Assembly: GCA_945921355.1 (NCBI GenBank)
Contig: CAMEKM010000004.1
Span: 6,305-70,304 of the forward strand
Length of the DNA: 64,000 nucleotides
Origin: an uncultured Bacteroidales bacterium
GTDB taxonomy: Bacteria; Bacteroidota; Bacteroidia; Bacteroidales; Paludibacteraceae
Direction of reading: 5' to 3'
Made by a program: the position numbers and the translations under genes. Position 1 is the stretch's first letter. Each line of letters starts with the position of its first letter. The notes beneath the pieces are model-generated. The model was given only the letters and a program-made list of their open reading frames with translations, was not told the origin of the DNA and ran no database searches. Shown in pieces: positions 53,231 to 63,404 of the stretch.

Positions 53231-55225
53231 CTAAAGATTGCGCTCTTCAATCAGACCCATCTGATATGCCTGCAATAGCTGCTGCAAGTCGTTTACTTGG
53301 CGAATCAGTTCACGTCCACGGTCCGTATCACGCACCAAGATACGCTGATGCGTGAAATCCTGCAACTGGATACGCGAGTGGATATCTGAACCCGATACAA
53401 CTGCTTGCTCACGGCTCTCAAACTTCTCATGCTCGACCAATTGGATACCATGGCTGTTGTAAATCAGCGTATAACCCGAGATACCCGTTTTCTCTTGATA
53501 AGGTTTGGAGAAACCTCCATCAATGACAAAGCGTTTGCCATCTGCTCGTACAGGTTTCTCCCCTTTGATAGTGCGCACGGGTATATGTCCATTGATGATA
53601 CGCCCTGTAGCGGGATCCAAACCAAACTCACGCAAAATCATCTCGCATACATCTGGGCGGTCAGCCAACGTGTAGTACGCTCCGCGGTGCTCATGCTCCA
53701 ACTCAGGCACACCGATGAAGTAGCGCTCAAAGGTACTCATCTTGTCCTTGTGATACAACGGCGAACCATAGCCACACCAGAGATAGAGCATATAATCCAA
53801 AGCATCGGCTTTCTCCTGCCCCTTACCAAAATACGCCCGACGTACCACGCGGTCGATGCAATCCATGAGTGCCCTACCCTTGGCACGCACGCCACATACA
53901 TCCACCTCCATGAGCGAGCCATCATCGTTCAATGGGACAGCGGCATGATAGAGTAAAAATCTATTGCGAACAAGATACAGACTACCGTGTTGATACAATA
54001 TTCGCAGGTGCTTTTGCGCGCGTTCGGATTTGCGGAACGAACGTGCTAATTGCTGCATCAACTCGTGTTCTTCTTGCGACAATTCATAAGGGCTATTAGC
54101 CTGTATAGTAGGAAGATAAGAATCGGTGATAGGGTATTCAACGCCGTCTATAGTAATCACTCCACGAGCATAGTCAATTTTATCCAAAAAGAGGCGATCG
54201 GTCATCTGATATTCGGGATGACGCAAGATGGTCTGTCCTTCGAGCTTAAACTGGATAATAGAGATGGCTTTGTGCATCTTTGCCATGAGCTGTGCAGAGC
54301 GCGTAAGGCGAGGATTATTCTCAAAATCTTTGGTTTGGAAAATGGTACAAGGATCATTGCCGTAGGTCTCCATAGCAAAGTTGGCCAAAGGCAGCAGATT
54401 GATACCATAACCCTCTTCGAGCGTTTCGATATTGGCATAGCGGATACTGACACGCAGCACAGTAGCAATCAATGCCCAATTGCCCGCGAAAGCACCCATC
54501 CAAAGGATATCATGGTTGCCCCACTGGATATCATAATCACGCACCGTGGAAAGCACCTCCATAATCTTGGGTGCCCCTGGTCCACGATCGAAGATATCGC
54601 CTACTACGTGCAGCGTATCAATAGCCAGTGCATGGATGAGATAGGATATGGCTATCAGCAATTGCTCTGCCCTACCCGTATCAATAATCGCATCGATGAT
54701 TGCATGGAAATAACGTGTACGATCGCGCTCAATACTGGACTCATAGAGCAATTCCTCGATGACATAGGCAAAATTCTTAGGTAGCATCTTGCGCACCTTG
54801 GAGCGCGTGTACTTGACCGACACGCTGCGCGTTACATCGAGCGTCTGATGGATACGTCTGCGATACCAATCCACCATCGTAGGCGCAGCCATAGGCAATG
54901 CTTCGGCATCTAACCCCTGCTGCTGTACCATACGGATACGTTCGTCGGGATAGTAGATCAGTGCACATAGGGCACGTTTCTCGGCTTCGGAGATGGTATC
55001 GCCATAGATATCGTCCACCTTGCGTCTCACTACGCCAGAGGCATTCTTAATCATATGGATAAAAGCACTGGAAGCACCATGTAGGTCGCTCACGAAATGC
55101 TCCGTACCCTTGGGCAGCGAGAGGATGGCATGGAGGTTGATGAGTTCGGTCACCACTGCATCAGCATTGGGGAAGCGGTCGCTCAGTAGGCGGAGATAGC
55201 GCTCTTGTGATTGAAAATTATCCAT
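53231..55225 (-). CDS. fbp: fructose-1,6-bisphosphatase class 3
   Basis: 664 aa with calcineurin-like metallophosphatase motifs (VGDIFDRGP, GNHD) in the Fbp class III layout. Confidence 0.9.
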   Translation of the reverse strand: MDNFQSQERYLRLLSDRFPNADAVVTELINLHAILSLPKGTEHFVSDLHGASSAFIHMIKNASGVVRRKVDDIYGDTISEAEKRALCALIYYPDERIRMVQQQGLDAEALPMAAPTMVDWYRRRIHQTLDVTRSVSVKYTRSKVRKMLPKNFAYVIEELLYESSIERDRTRYFHAIIDAIIDTGRAEQLLIAISYLIHALAIDTLHVVGDIFDRGPGAPKIMEVLSTVRDYDIQWGNHDILWMGAFAGNWALIATVLRVSIRYANIETLEEGYGINLLPLANFAMETYGNDPCTIFQTKDFENNPRLTRSAQLMAKMHKAISIIQFKLEGQTILRHPEYQMTDRLFLDKIDYARGVITIDGVEYPITDSYLPTIQANSPYELSQEEHELMQQLARSFRKSERAQKHLRILYQHGSLYLVRNRFLLYHAAVPLNDDGSLMEVDVCGVRAKGRALMDCIDRVVRRAYFGKGQEKADALDYMLYLWCGYGSPLYHKDKMSTFERYFIGVPELEHEHRGAYYTLADRPDVCEMILREFGLDPATGRIINGHIPVRTIKGEKPVRADGKRFVIDGGFSKPYQEKTGISGYTLIYNSHGIQLVEHEKFESREQAVVSGSDIHSRIQLQDFTHQRILVRDTDRGRELIRQVNDLQQLLQAYQMGLIEERNL

Positions 55226-55280
55226 GGTTGTGTTTAGTGTTGAGTGTTTAGTGTTTAGTGACTGCAGGTTAATAAAAGAC

Positions 55281-55308
55281 GAACGACCATCTGGTAGGAT
55301 GGTCGTTC
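55281..55308 (-). terminator. hairpin immediately 3' of tRNA-Glu
   Basis: GAACGACCAT-(8 nt)-ATGGTCGTTC is a perfect 10-bp stem. Confidence 0.5.
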
Positions 55309-55309
55309 T

Positions 55310-55385
55310 TGGTAGTGCTACCGGGAATCGAACCCGGGTTTACGGCGTGAGAGGCCGTTGTCCTAGGCCACTAGACGATAGCACC
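55310..55385 (-). tRNA. tRNA-Glu (anticodon CUC), CCA encoded
   Basis: A manual cloverleaf fits: acceptor GGTGCTA/TAGCACT, D arm GTCT..GGAC, anticodon stem ACGGC/GCCGT with loop CTCTCAC, and T arm CCGGG-TTCGATT-CCCGG. Total length 76 nt. Confidence 0.9.
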
Positions 55386-55412
55386 CTAGCGATGTTCTCT
55401 CGAAATCGGCTG

Positions 55413-55444
55413 CAAAGGTACTGCTTTTTTTTGAAGTGACCAAA
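55413..55444 (-). promoter_or_regulatory. promoter of tRNA-Glu
   Basis: TACCTTTG at 55413-55420 and TTTG at 55441-55444, with a 20-nt spacer. Confidence 0.6.
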
Positions 55445-55479
55445 TATTTTCAAAAAAAAATGTAAAAAAGGTGCGTTTT

Positions 55480-55511
55480 TTTGTATATATACATTTTTTT
55501 TCGTACTTTTG
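55480..55511 (+). promoter_or_regulatory. promoter of the hemW-PBP1A unit
   Basis: TTTG at 55480-55483 and TACTTTTG at 55504-55511, with a 20-nt spacer. The ATG is at 55529. Confidence 0.65.
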
Positions 55512-55528
55512 TGCCATATTTCTATAAA

Positions 55529-56620
55529 ATGGCAGGAATATACATACACATACCATTTTGCAAAAGCAGATGCAAGTACTGCGACTTCTTTTCAACTACG
55601 CAATTGGAGAAGAGGGCGCGATATGTAGAAGCATTGCTGGAGGAAGGGCGCATGCGCCAACATGAGGTGAGTGAACCTATACATAGTATATATATAGGAG
55701 GTGGTACGCCGAGCATGATGGATAGGAATGACTTGTTTAAGATCATTCAATGTAGTTCAGAATGGTTCAATGTGGTGAAAGATGGTTCATTAGAACTCAC
55801 TATGGAGGCGAATCCAGGAGACATCACGCTGGAGCAAGCACAGGCATGGCGAGCAATGGGCATCAATCGACTGAGCATCGGCATACAGAGTTTTGATGAC
55901 GAACTATTGCAATTGATTGGCAGGCGCCACACGGCTGAACAAGCACGACAAGCAGTGGCGGTAGCACAAGTTGCAGGATTTGACAATATATCTATCGACC
56001 TGATGTATGCCCTACCCTCGCAAACGATGGAGCAATGGCAGAAAGATGTGGCAGAAGCATTGCAACTGGGCGTGCAACACATCTCCACTTATGGACTTAT
56101 CTATGAGGACGGAACGGTGCTTACGACCATGCTCGAACATGGTGTGGTGGAGGCTGTGGACGAAGACACAGAAATGCAGATGTATGACTATTTGGTGGAG
56201 CAATTAACTGCGAATGGATTTGAACATTATGAAGTAAGTAATTTCGCACTTAACGGACGGTACTCCAAGCATAATTCAAGCTATTGGAACAACACGCCAT
56301 ACATCGGATTGGGAGCTGGTGCACATAGCTACGATGGCAACGTAAGGCAATGGAATATCAGCGACTTGTGCACCTATATCGAGCAAGCCATGGCTCATAC
56401 GCTAATGCCCGAAAAAGAGCGACTAAGTGATGAGCAACGCCATACCGAACGCGTGATGCTGGGACTGCGCACTAGTGCAGGAGTATCACAAGATGACATA
56501 GTAATGAGCAAGGCACTGCCATATATCCAACAAGGACTATTGGTAGAGAAAGGTAATCGCATTGCAGCGACTACGAAAGGATTTCATATACTGAACAGAA
56601 TAATAGAAGACTTGATATGA
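55529..56620 (+). CDS. hemW: radical SAM family heme chaperone HemW
   Basis: IYIHIPFCKSRCKYCDF (CxxxCxxC) and the HemN-like C-terminus. The start is placed at MAGIYIH. Confidence 0.88.
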   Translation: MAGIYIHIPFCKSRCKYCDFFSTTQLEKRARYVEALLEEGRMRQHEVSEPIHSIYIGGGTPSMMDRNDLFKIIQCSSEWFNVVKDGSLELTMEANPGDITLEQAQAWRAMGINRLSIGIQSFDDELLQLIGRRHTAEQARQAVAVAQVAGFDNISIDLMYALPSQTMEQWQKDVAEALQLGVQHISTYGLIYEDGTVLTTMLEHGVVEAVDEDTEMQMYDYLVEQLTANGFEHYEVSNFALNGRYSKHNSSYWNNTPYIGLGAGAHSYDGNVRQWNISDLCTYIEQAMAHTLMPEKERLSDEQRHTERVMLGLRTSAGVSQDDIVMSKALPYIQQGLLVEKGNRIAATTKGFHILNRIIEDLI

Positions 56621-58905
56621 AAACGGAAAACAAGCAAAACGGAAACAAGCAATTTAAGAAGCAATTTGCAGCATGGTTTTGGGGTATCATAGGTGCAGGT
56701 ATAGTAGCTATCATATTGATATTCTGGATAATTAATAAGGGATGGCTGGGCTATCTGCCACCACTGGATGAACTGCAAAACCCTAAGAACAAGTTTGCCA
56801 CTGAGGTCATATCCGCCGATATGCAGTTGCTGGGTCGCTACTATCGCAACGAGAATCGCGTAGGAGTGGCATATACGGACATTTCTCCTAATATGATTAA
56901 CGCGCTGATTGCCACTGAAGATGTGCGTTTCTACGACCATACGGGTGTGGATGTAAAGTCGCTGCTGCGTGCTGTGATTATGCTGGGTAAAGCAGGAGGT
57001 GGTAGTACGATTACCCAGCAGTTGGCCAAACAACTATGGTCGCCCCGCGCCAACAACATCTTTGAACGTGCGCTGCAAAAACCTATCGAATGGGTGATTG
57101 CTACTAAATTGGAGCGTCTGTACTCCAAAGAGGAGATACTGACTATGTACCTCAACCAGTTTGACTTCCTCTATAATGCAGTAGGCATCAAATCGGCAGC
57201 ACAGGTGTATTTCAGCACCACCCCAGCTGAGTTGAAAATAGAAGAAGCCGCTATGTTGGTAGGTATGTGTAAGAACCCTGCATTGTATAACCCACGTCGT
57301 CGTCCTGAGAATGCTCTTAATCGTCGTAATACGGTGCTGAATCAGATGCAGAAATATGACTACATCACGGAGCATGTCTGCGATTCGCTGAAAGCATTGC
57401 CGATTGATCTTAAATACCAATCGGTGGACCATAAGCAAGGTCTTGCGCCGTATTTCCGTGAGTATTTGCGACAAGTGCTAACTGCTCAAGAACCTAAGAA
57501 GAGTAATTACTCGGAATGGAATCAATTGCAGTACGAGAGTGACAAACGCCAATGGGAAGAGAACCCACTCTATGGTTTCTGTAATAAGAACCACAAGCCT
57601 GATGGTATGCCATACGACCTATACATCGATGGTCTGCGCATATACACTACCATTGACTCGCGCATGCAACAGTATGCCGAAGAGGCAGTGAGCGAACATA
57701 TGCAAGCGTTGCAAAAGGGTTTCTTCCGCGAGAAACGCAAGAAATCGTATGCACCTTTCTCTAAAGACCTCACGCCAGAAGATATTGATGGTATTATGAA
57801 TCGCTCTATGCGTCAGACGGATCGCTACCGCGCACTCAAGAAACAGGGTATGAATGAGACGGACATCAAAAAGGTATTCAACACCCCTGTAGCTATGCGC
57901 GTATTCTCCTATGACGGACAGATTGACACCACTATGACCCCAATGGACTCTATCCGATGGAATAAGCATTTTCTGCGTTGCGGATTTATGTCGATGGATA
58001 CACACTCGGGTGCAGTTAAGGCATATGTGGGTGGGCCTAACTTCACGCACTTCCAATATGACATGGTCACTACGGGTCGCCGTCAGGTGGGCTCTACTAT
58101 CAAGCCCTACCTATTTACTTTGGCGATGGACGAGGGCATGTGGCCATGCGATAGCACAGTGAACGACTCTGTGACCCTTATTGATGGTAATGGTGTAGCG
58201 TGGACACCACGCGATGACCACCATGCTAATCAAGGTGAGATGGTCACCCTCAACTGGGGATTGGAGAAATCCAGCAACTGGATCACCGCCTATCTGATGT
58301 CGCTATTTACGCCAGAACAACTGGTGCGCATGATGCGTTCGTTTGGTATTGAAGGGCAATTGGATCCTGTGGTCAGTCTGTGCCTCGGTCCATGCGAAGT
58401 AAGCGTTAAGGAGATGGTGGATGCCTACACCACTTTTCCAAACAAGGGTATCCGTGTTGAACCGCTCTATGTGACTCGTATTGAAGATAATAACGGCAAT
58501 GTATTGGCTACTTTTATGCCTAAGACTTATGAGATTATTAGCGAGACTACCTCGTATAAGATGGTCTATATGTTGCAAAATGTGATGGATCACGGTACGG
58601 GTGTGCGTGCGCGTTTCCGCTATGGATTGAAAGCACCTATGGGTGGAAAGACGGGTACTTCGCAGAATCACTCCGATGGTTGGTTTGTTGGTTTTACACC
58701 TTCATTGGTTAGTGGCGTATGGGTAGGTGGAGAAGATCGTAGTATCCACTTCGATAATATGTCGGCTGGTCAAGGCGCTAACATGGCATTGCCTATCTGG
58801 GCCATATATATGCAGAAAGTGTATGCCGATGAGCAATTGGGCTATAGCGTAGAAGAACAGTTTGATATCCCTGCTTGGTTTGATGCGGAAGCGGGGTGTA
58901 AGTGA
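56617..58905 (+). CDS. penicillin-binding protein 1A (bifunctional transglycosylase/transpeptidase)
   Basis: GT51 motifs EDVRFYDHTGVD, GGSTITQQ and RKxxE-like. Transpeptidase motifs are STIKP, SSN and KTGT. Confidence 0.92.
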   Translation: MKTENKQNGNKQFKKQFAAWFWGIIGAGIVAIILIFWIINKGWLGYLPPLDELQNPKNKFATEVISADMQLLGRYYRNENRVGVAYTDISPNMINALIATEDVRFYDHTGVDVKSLLRAVIMLGKAGGGSTITQQLAKQLWSPRANNIFERALQKPIEWVIATKLERLYSKEEILTMYLNQFDFLYNAVGIKSAAQVYFSTTPAELKIEEAAMLVGMCKNPALYNPRRRPENALNRRNTVLNQMQKYDYITEHVCDSLKALPIDLKYQSVDHKQGLAPYFREYLRQVLTAQEPKKSNYSEWNQLQYESDKRQWEENPLYGFCNKNHKPDGMPYDLYIDGLRIYTTIDSRMQQYAEEAVSEHMQALQKGFFREKRKKSYAPFSKDLTPEDIDGIMNRSMRQTDRYRALKKQGMNETDIKKVFNTPVAMRVFSYDGQIDTTMTPMDSIRWNKHFLRCGFMSMDTHSGAVKAYVGGPNFTHFQYDMVTTGRRQVGSTIKPYLFTLAMDEGMWPCDSTVNDSVTLIDGNGVAWTPRDDHHANQGEMVTLNWGLEKSSNWITAYLMSLFTPEQLVRMMRSFGIEGQLDPVVSLCLGPCEVSVKEMVDAYTTFPNKGIRVEPLYVTRIEDNNGNVLATFMPKTYEIISETTSYKMVYMLQNVMDHGTGVRARFRYGLKAPMGGKTGTSQNHSDGWFVGFTPSLVSGVWVGGEDRSIHFDNMSAGQGANMALPIWAIYMQKVYADEQLGYSVEEQFDIPAWFDAEAGCK

Positions 58906-59097
58906 GGTTAGTGTTTAGTGGACGCCGCGGAGCGGCTATTGGACGCCCTTCGGGCTATAGAACGTTCACAAGCGAGCTATTGAGGAGGCGATAAGGCGAG
59001 AGGACGGCCGCAAAGCGGTCTACAGATAGCGCCGACTAGAGCATATAGATAGACGAGAGCATCTATAAGTTCCCTGAAATCGGCGCAGAAAAAACAA

Positions 59098-61098
59098 ATG
59101 AAGAAATTGTGGGGCATAATATTGTGGTTGTGCGTAAGCGTGGGAGCAATGGCACAACTCAACACCGATCGCATTACTGCTATCGGGCGTAATGCTTTGT
59201 ACTTTGACGACTATGTACTTAGTATTCAATACTTTAATCAAGTAATCAAGCTCAAGCCTTACTTGAGCGAGCCCTATCTACTTCGCGCAATAGCCAAGAT
59301 ACAATTGGGTGATTATACGGGTGCAGAATTGGATTGCAACGCTGCTATAGCGCGTAATCCATTTCAACCTGGCGCATATTATACACGCGGATTTATCTAT
59401 CGTCAGACCAATCAACTGGAAAAGGCGTCACAAGACTTTAGTGAAGCACTGATATTTGCTCCCGAGAATAGAACCTATATCGCTATGCGCGCCGATGTGT
59501 TAGCAGAAATGGAGCAATACGCCCTCGCCCTGCAAGATATTAACCACCTACTCCATCGTGAGCCACAGTCTGCTGCGTTGCACTTTGAGAAAGGTAGTAT
59601 ATGCTTGCGTAGCAATGACACTATTGGTGCGCTGGATGCCTTTAGCAAAGCTACGGAATATGATTCGCAGAATCCTGCCAACTGGTCAGCGCTTGGACTC
59701 GTACAACTGATGCAGGACAATCAAGACGATGCACTGAGTTCCCTGAGCAAGTCCATTGACCACGGTAGCAAATGGGCAGGTGACTACATCAACCGCGGTA
59801 TTATCTACTATCGCAAACATAATTACCGCAGTGCGCTCAATGACTACGATAAGGCAGTGACACTCTCGCCACGTGATGCCCAATGCTACTACAACCGTGG
59901 TGTACTACGACAGGAACTGGGTGATTATAATCGTGCGTTGGAGGATTTTACTCAAGCCATCAACTTCGCCCCCGACCGAATAGAGATTTACTACCAACGC
60001 GGTATGGTGCAATTGCAACTACGTCAATGGCAAGCAGCATTGCAGGATTTCAATACCATTATTGAGCGCTATCCCTACTTCCTGCCAGCATACTACCTCG
60101 CAGCACAGGCAGAAACCTCGTTGGGCAATAGCAGAGAGGCATACCAGTTGCGCCAACAAGCATATCATCTTGAGCAACAGAAAGATAGTATTCAATCGCT
60201 GCAAACTAATATGCAGATAGCAGATGCTCAGCCACAACAACGTGACCGACGCAAAGAGTTCTCTGCCCTTGCAGCACAAAATCAAGAAGCCACTGATGAA
60301 GAGAATCAGTATGATAGCGACACACGCGGAACGGTACAAAAGCACTATACCGACGTAGTGAACGAGCCTAATATCTTCCTTTCGTATTATGCTACGAACA
60401 GCAATGCTAATGCCCTGCGACAAACTAATTACTCGCACGTGACAGTGGATAACTACAATCGTAGCATGCAACTGCCAGCGCCACTCCGCTTCACAACCAA
60501 AGAGATGACACTGACGGCTGATATGGTGAATCAGCATTTTGCACAAATCAACAACCTGTCGCACCAGATTGACATGCTTGAGCAGATGGCGTCGCCTCGT
60601 TCGCAGAATAATGTCCAACTCTGTGCAGCATATATTGCGAGAGCATTTGAGTTTGCTTTGGTACAAGACTACTCCTCGGCATTGGATGATGTGACACGTG
60701 CGATATTGATGGACGGCAGTTTGTATTTCGCTTATTTCTGTCGTGCTAATTGGAGGTATAAATTATTAGAATACAAACGTGCGATGGGTGAGTCAACAGA
60801 ATCTGCCGACTTTGAGTTGATGATGCGTGACTATGATTATGTCATCAATCACCTACCTGACTTCTCGTTTGCATACTACAACAAAGCCAATATGCTGTGC
60901 ATACAGCAAGACTTTAAAGCAGCCATTTCATACTATAGCGAGGCTATAGCAGTAGATAGCGACTTTGCAGAAGCATACTTCAATCGTGGTTTGACCTATA
61001 TCTATATTGGTGAGAATGAACAAGGTATAGCCGACCTTAGCAAAGCAGGTGAATTGGGAATTTATCAGGCGTATAATTTGATTTCGAGGTTTCAGTAG
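59098..61098 (+). CDS. tetratricopeptide repeat protein (secreted)
   Basis: Signal peptide and many TPR-like A/Y/N-patterned repeats. Confidence 0.8.
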   Translation: MKKLWGIILWLCVSVGAMAQLNTDRITAIGRNALYFDDYVLSIQYFNQVIKLKPYLSEPYLLRAIAKIQLGDYTGAELDCNAAIARNPFQPGAYYTRGFIYRQTNQLEKASQDFSEALIFAPENRTYIAMRADVLAEMEQYALALQDINHLLHREPQSAALHFEKGSICLRSNDTIGALDAFSKATEYDSQNPANWSALGLVQLMQDNQDDALSSLSKSIDHGSKWAGDYINRGIIYYRKHNYRSALNDYDKAVTLSPRDAQCYYNRGVLRQELGDYNRALEDFTQAINFAPDRIEIYYQRGMVQLQLRQWQAALQDFNTIIERYPYFLPAYYLAAQAETSLGNSREAYQLRQQAYHLEQQKDSIQSLQTNMQIADAQPQQRDRRKEFSALAAQNQEATDEENQYDSDTRGTVQKHYTDVVNEPNIFLSYYATNSNANALRQTNYSHVTVDNYNRSMQLPAPLRFTTKEMTLTADMVNQHFAQINNLSHQIDMLEQMASPRSQNNVQLCAAYIARAFEFALVQDYSSALDDVTRAILMDGSLYFAYFCRANWRYKLLEYKRAMGESTESADFELMMRDYDYVINHLPDFSFAYYNKANMLCIQQDFKAAISYYSEAIAVDSDFAEAYFNRGLTYIYIGENEQGIADLSKAGELGIYQAYNLISRFQ

Positions 61099-61103
61099 GG
61101 TTA

Positions 61104-61997
61104 ATGGAAGAGATGAAAAAGCTTTGGCAGATAATACTAATTGGTTTGGGTGCTTGCCTCATTGTTCCTGATGCTATGACTGGTCAGGTGCTGTATCGGA
61201 TATCGGGTAATTCGGCAGTGGCACCATCGTATATCTTAGCAACCAATCGTATGGTGGATATGCAGTTTATTGACACCATCCCCAATGTATTCAAATGTTA
61301 TGCAGCATGCGATAAAGTGCTTACTGAGTTTGCCATGCAAGACTATGAAGCCCTTGCCGCTTTGCGACAAGCTGCCCTCCTACCCGATTCTGTTCGGCTG
61401 AGCAATTTCTATAGCGATGAGCAGTATCAGAAGATAGACGACGCTCTTCGCATCAATTTGGGCATGGGATTGGATAAGTTAGGCAGGATGAAACCATCCT
61501 ATCTCACTGAGATGTTTAGGAGTGAACTGATGAAGCGATGGCTTAAATACGATGCAGATCGTTCGATGGAGACATTCTTTGAGAAAGTTGCAGCGCAAAA
61601 TGATGTACCCGTATATGGATTAGATGATATAGGCGAAACGATGTATATGCTCTTTGACCGTGAGCCATTTCATTGGCAGTGCGAAGAGCTACTGAAAGTG
61701 GTAGAATATCCCGAAAAGGAAGTACGTTTTGAGCGCTCGCTGGTAGAGATGTATAAATATGGTCGCTTAGCAGATATGGCGTACTTCGTGAAAGGTCCGG
61801 ACAATCAGACGTCATTATCATTCTCAGACTATAAATTATATGCCCAACGCAACAAGCAATGGGTGAAACGATTAACGCCCTACCTCCGTGAAGGTAAGGC
61901 GTTTATCACGCTCAATGCCATTTATCTTGGTGGCGAAGATGGTCTGCTGGCTCAACTCCGAACAGCAGGCTATCGCGTAAAAGCGGTGAATAGATAA
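61104..61997 (+). CDS. TraB/GumN family protein
   Basis: Signal peptide and overall TraB/GumN-like pattern (SYILATNRM ... AFITLNAIYLGGEDGLL). Confidence 0.65.
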   Translation: MEEMKKLWQIILIGLGACLIVPDAMTGQVLYRISGNSAVAPSYILATNRMVDMQFIDTIPNVFKCYAACDKVLTEFAMQDYEALAALRQAALLPDSVRLSNFYSDEQYQKIDDALRINLGMGLDKLGRMKPSYLTEMFRSELMKRWLKYDADRSMETFFEKVAAQNDVPVYGLDDIGETMYMLFDREPFHWQCEELLKVVEYPEKEVRFERSLVEMYKYGRLADMAYFVKGPDNQTSLSFSDYKLYAQRNKQWVKRLTPYLREGKAFITLNAIYLGGEDGLLAQLRTAGYRVKAVNR

Positions 61998-62002
61998 TCC
62001 AC

Positions 62003-63208
62003 TTAGGCAAGTTTTGCCAATGCCTCTTTCATGCGGCGCATCGCCTCAATGATAAGGTCTTCGCTGGTAGCATAGGAGAAACGAATACAATTACTTTCAC
62101 CAAACGCACTACCCGATACACATGCCACATGCGCCTCTTGCAGCAGATAGGTCACCAGTTCATCGGCATTATGAATCACTTGTCCGTTGTATTGCTTGCC
62201 AAAGAAGGCTGTCACGTCAGGGAAGAGGTAGAACGCTCCTTGAGGCTCCAGCACTTTCATTCCAGGTATATCCTTTGCCAGTTTCACTATTAAGTCGCGA
62301 CGGCGATGGAATGCTTGACGCATTTCCTCGACGCAGGTTTGTGGTCCTGTGTATGCAGCTTCTGCTGCTTTTTGAGCGATGGTAGTGGCACAGCTGATGA
62401 CTTGTCCTTGCAAGCGTTTGACCGCGGTAATCAAGTCTTTGTTGTGGCTTGCCAACCAACCAATACGATAGCCCGTCATGGCGTATGCTTTGCTAACACC
62501 ATTGATGATGATGAGGCGGTCTTCCAACTCTGGGAATTGCGCCAAAGTTTCGTGTTTGCCCGTATAGAGGATATGCTGGTAAATCTCATCAGCCAACACA
62601 TTCACTTGTGGGTGGCGCTTCAGCACTTCCACTAAAGCCTTCAAATTCTCAAGCGTATAGACTGAGCCCGTAGGGTTGTTCGGCGAGCAGAGCATGAGCA
62701 GTTTGGTATTGGGGGTGATAGCTGCTTCCAGCTGCTCAGCGGTGAGGCAAAAATTGTTGTCCATCGTGGTTTTGACCATCACGCTCTTGCCTTGCGCAAT
62801 CTTCACCATCTCCACGTAACTCACCCAACATGGCGTAGGCATAATCACCTCATCGCCTGGACCAATCAATGCTTCTACAGCATTGCAGATAGCTTGCTTA
62901 GCTCCTACTGACACCACTATCTCGTTTGCATTGTACGGACGTACAGGGTAATGAACTAAATCACGGTTGAGGGTGTCGGCTATTGCCTGACGCAGAGCAG
63001 GGAAACCGGGTGTAGGACCATAATGCGAGATGTCATTATTGATGGCATCAATAGCCGCCTGCTTGACGTGAGCAGGTGCTGGGAAATCAGGTTCGCCAAG
63101 TGAAAGACCAATCACATCTACTCCTTCTGCACGGAGTTGTTGGCACAGCGCAGCTACTTGCAAAGTCGCTGATTCTTCAAGTGCTGCAATACGTTGTGAA
63201 ATCTGCAT
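62003..63208 (-). CDS. pyridoxal phosphate-dependent aminotransferase (class I, aspartate aminotransferase-like)
   Basis: SPNNPTG and SKAYAMTGYRIGW (PLP Lys) motifs. Confidence 0.9.
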   Translation of the reverse strand: MQISQRIAALEESATLQVAALCQQLRAEGVDVIGLSLGEPDFPAPAHVKQAAIDAINNDISHYGPTPGFPALRQAIADTLNRDLVHYPVRPYNANEIVVSVGAKQAICNAVEALIGPGDEVIMPTPCWVSYVEMVKIAQGKSVMVKTTMDNNFCLTAEQLEAAITPNTKLLMLCSPNNPTGSVYTLENLKALVEVLKRHPQVNVLADEIYQHILYTGKHETLAQFPELEDRLIIINGVSKAYAMTGYRIGWLASHNKDLITAVKRLQGQVISCATTIAQKAAEAAYTGPQTCVEEMRQAFHRRRDLIVKLAKDIPGMKVLEPQGAFYLFPDVTAFFGKQYNGQVIHNADELVTYLLQEAHVACVSGSAFGESNCIRFSYATSEDLIIEAMRRMKEALAKLA

Positions 63209-63245
63209 AAAGTGAATTATGAATTATGAGTTATGAATTTGCATG

Positions 63246-63277
63246 CAAAGGTAGTAAAAAATTCTTGAATACGCAAA
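63246..63277 (-). promoter_or_regulatory. promoter of the aminotransferase gene
   Basis: TACCTTTG at 63246-63253 and TTTG at 63274-63277, with a 20-nt spacer. Confidence 0.65.
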
Positions 63278-63315
63278 TATTTTATGCTTAGAGTTTATAG
63301 TTGGGGGGTTATAGA

Positions 63316-63355
63316 CCAAAAATAGGCTCCTTCTTACGAGGAAGCCTATTTTTTA
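63316..63355 (-). terminator. bidirectional-looking intrinsic terminator
   Basis: The AATAGGCTCC...GGAAGCCTATT hairpin is flanked by an A-run and a T-run. Confidence 0.5.
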
Positions 63356-63404
63356 TACTCGTTAGTCTAACTTCTAACAGCGAAGCGGTCTAACGTCTAA
63401 CTTC

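Noticed and set aside
54050-54784. 244-aa plus-strand ORF
   Set aside because: It is entirely antisense to fbp class III, which has clear catalytic motifs, so it is a typical shadow ORF.
60019-60666. 215-aa minus-strand ORF
   Set aside because: It is antisense to the TPR protein gene, with no independent support.
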